A stretch of 33,154 nucleotides of DNA from Trypethelium eluteriae (lineage: Eukaryota), in the NCBI GenBank assembly GCA_051942245.1, contig JAVECL010000246.1:1-33154 (forward strand). Reading direction: 5' to 3'. A program made the translations under genes and the position numbers. The notes below the pieces were generated by a model. The model worked only from the letters and a program-made list of their open reading frames with translations, had not been told where the DNA came from and made no database searches. Of the stretch, positions 32,075-33,154 are shown piece by piece. Within the stretch, counting starts at the first letter, position 1. Each line of letters opens with the position of its first letter.

Positions 32075-32363
32075 ATGGAACGACCACTGCTGCCGGGAAA
32101 AGAACTGGTCAACTCAGGGCCTGGAAAGCTCTGGAGATTGTGTAACTAGTTGCAAGTGACAAAGCCTTGAATTCCCTTTCATCGCATAACAATACAAGAT
32201 ATACACTAAAACCTATGCCTGCCCGAACCGCAAACTGGAAAAGTCTGAAATTTTGACTGTGTCCTCCAAGTGATGCTATTCCCAATGCTAAATGCTGAAA
32301 TTCTTCGCAGATGGAGTAAATTGTATTGGTATCTTACAAAGTCTTCGTAGCACGCGCGTGCAA

Positions 32364-33154
32364 TTAATTGACCTGTTTTCCATAGAAAGGAATGCCGGTC
32401 GCACTCAGTAGAAGCCTTGCCTCTCTGTCGTTGGTCGCAGTCGTATGCAAGATAACATGCAGTCCTGGAATCATCTTCGGCGGGTACCTGATAACCCACT
32501 CGTTAGTGCTCGTCCTCTCCTTAGTTCCCTTCGCATTCCCCAAACCAAAGATCAAAACGCAACAAACTCACATGTTATAATTCACCTCGACCTCCGGAAA
32601 TAGAGCCACATCCGCGGGTCCCAGCCCCCATGCAATGTTCCCACTACTATCCCCACTGCTTCCCTTTACACCCTGCCAGTCCTTAATCCGCGGAAGCACC
32701 ATATCCACACACTTGCCCACAAAATCCCACATATCCCCTCCGTTCACCTCCGCCGACACACTCACCTGCCTACCCTCTCGCAACCCCCAGCCCACCACAC
32801 TCCCCTTCGCCCGATGCGTCGTCACCCGCACATTCGTAATTGCCTGCAGCACCATCCGCGCCACATGTAGATGGCTCTTATCCTCGAGCGCCTCTCGCAC
32901 CATCGCATGCACCGTCACCCGCTCCAGCCTCGGCACGTTCTGCCACGTGATCGGCGGTCGAAGCAGCGGCAACACAGTGTGGCCTCTCGGCGCGCGGAGC
33001 GGACGGTTCTTGTGGTAGGGTGACGTCTCGTCCCAGGAGCGCAGGCGGGGAGCTTTCGGTGGCGCGCGGTAGCCGGGGGGGAAGTGCGTGTAGGCGAGCG
33101 TCATTAGGTCGGGCGCTATGGTACTGTGGTAGGTTTGTTCGAGGCGGGGGAGGG
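32364..33154 (-). CDS. MRPL7: Mitochondrial large-subunit ribosomal protein uL5m, 5'-partial; complement join(32364..32487,32572..>33154)
   Basis: DLMTLAYTH, WDETSPYHKNR, VLPRIKDWQGVKGSSGDSSGN, FPEVEVNYNM. After intron 32488-32571 (GTGAGT...ACTAAC...CAG) it continues YPPKMIPGLHVILHTTATNDREARLLL. The frame runs off the window end. Confidence 0.93.

Overview
Eukaryotic DNA from a filamentous ascomycete (inferred from short GT-AG introns with CTRAC-type branch points and from gene content). Well-supported genes, in order: Gfo/Idh/MocA oxidoreductase (+), Gti1/Wor1-type WOPR transcription factor (+) behind a ~5.5 kb region with no recognisable gene, cardiolipin synthase (+), a type I Baeyer-Villiger monooxygenase (-), an F-box-like hypothetical protein (-), MTO1 (+), a Ser/Thr-rich secreted protein with an unresolved 3' end (-), RAD16 (-), a 99-aa cysteine-free thioredoxin-fold protein (+), and the 3' part of mitochondrial ribosomal protein uL5m/MRPL7 (-). 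Intron boundaries were derived by hand. I found no tRNA, rRNA, CRISPR array or recognisable transposon, and no clearly novel multi-gene system. The best leads are: the WOPR locus (exact Wor1 core motif upstream, ATG-depleted leader, 4 x 27-aa repeat), the thioredoxin lacking CxxC, an Arg-to-Gln change in the BVMO NADPH-binding motif, and several decayed F-box/BTB-like genes between housekeeping genes.
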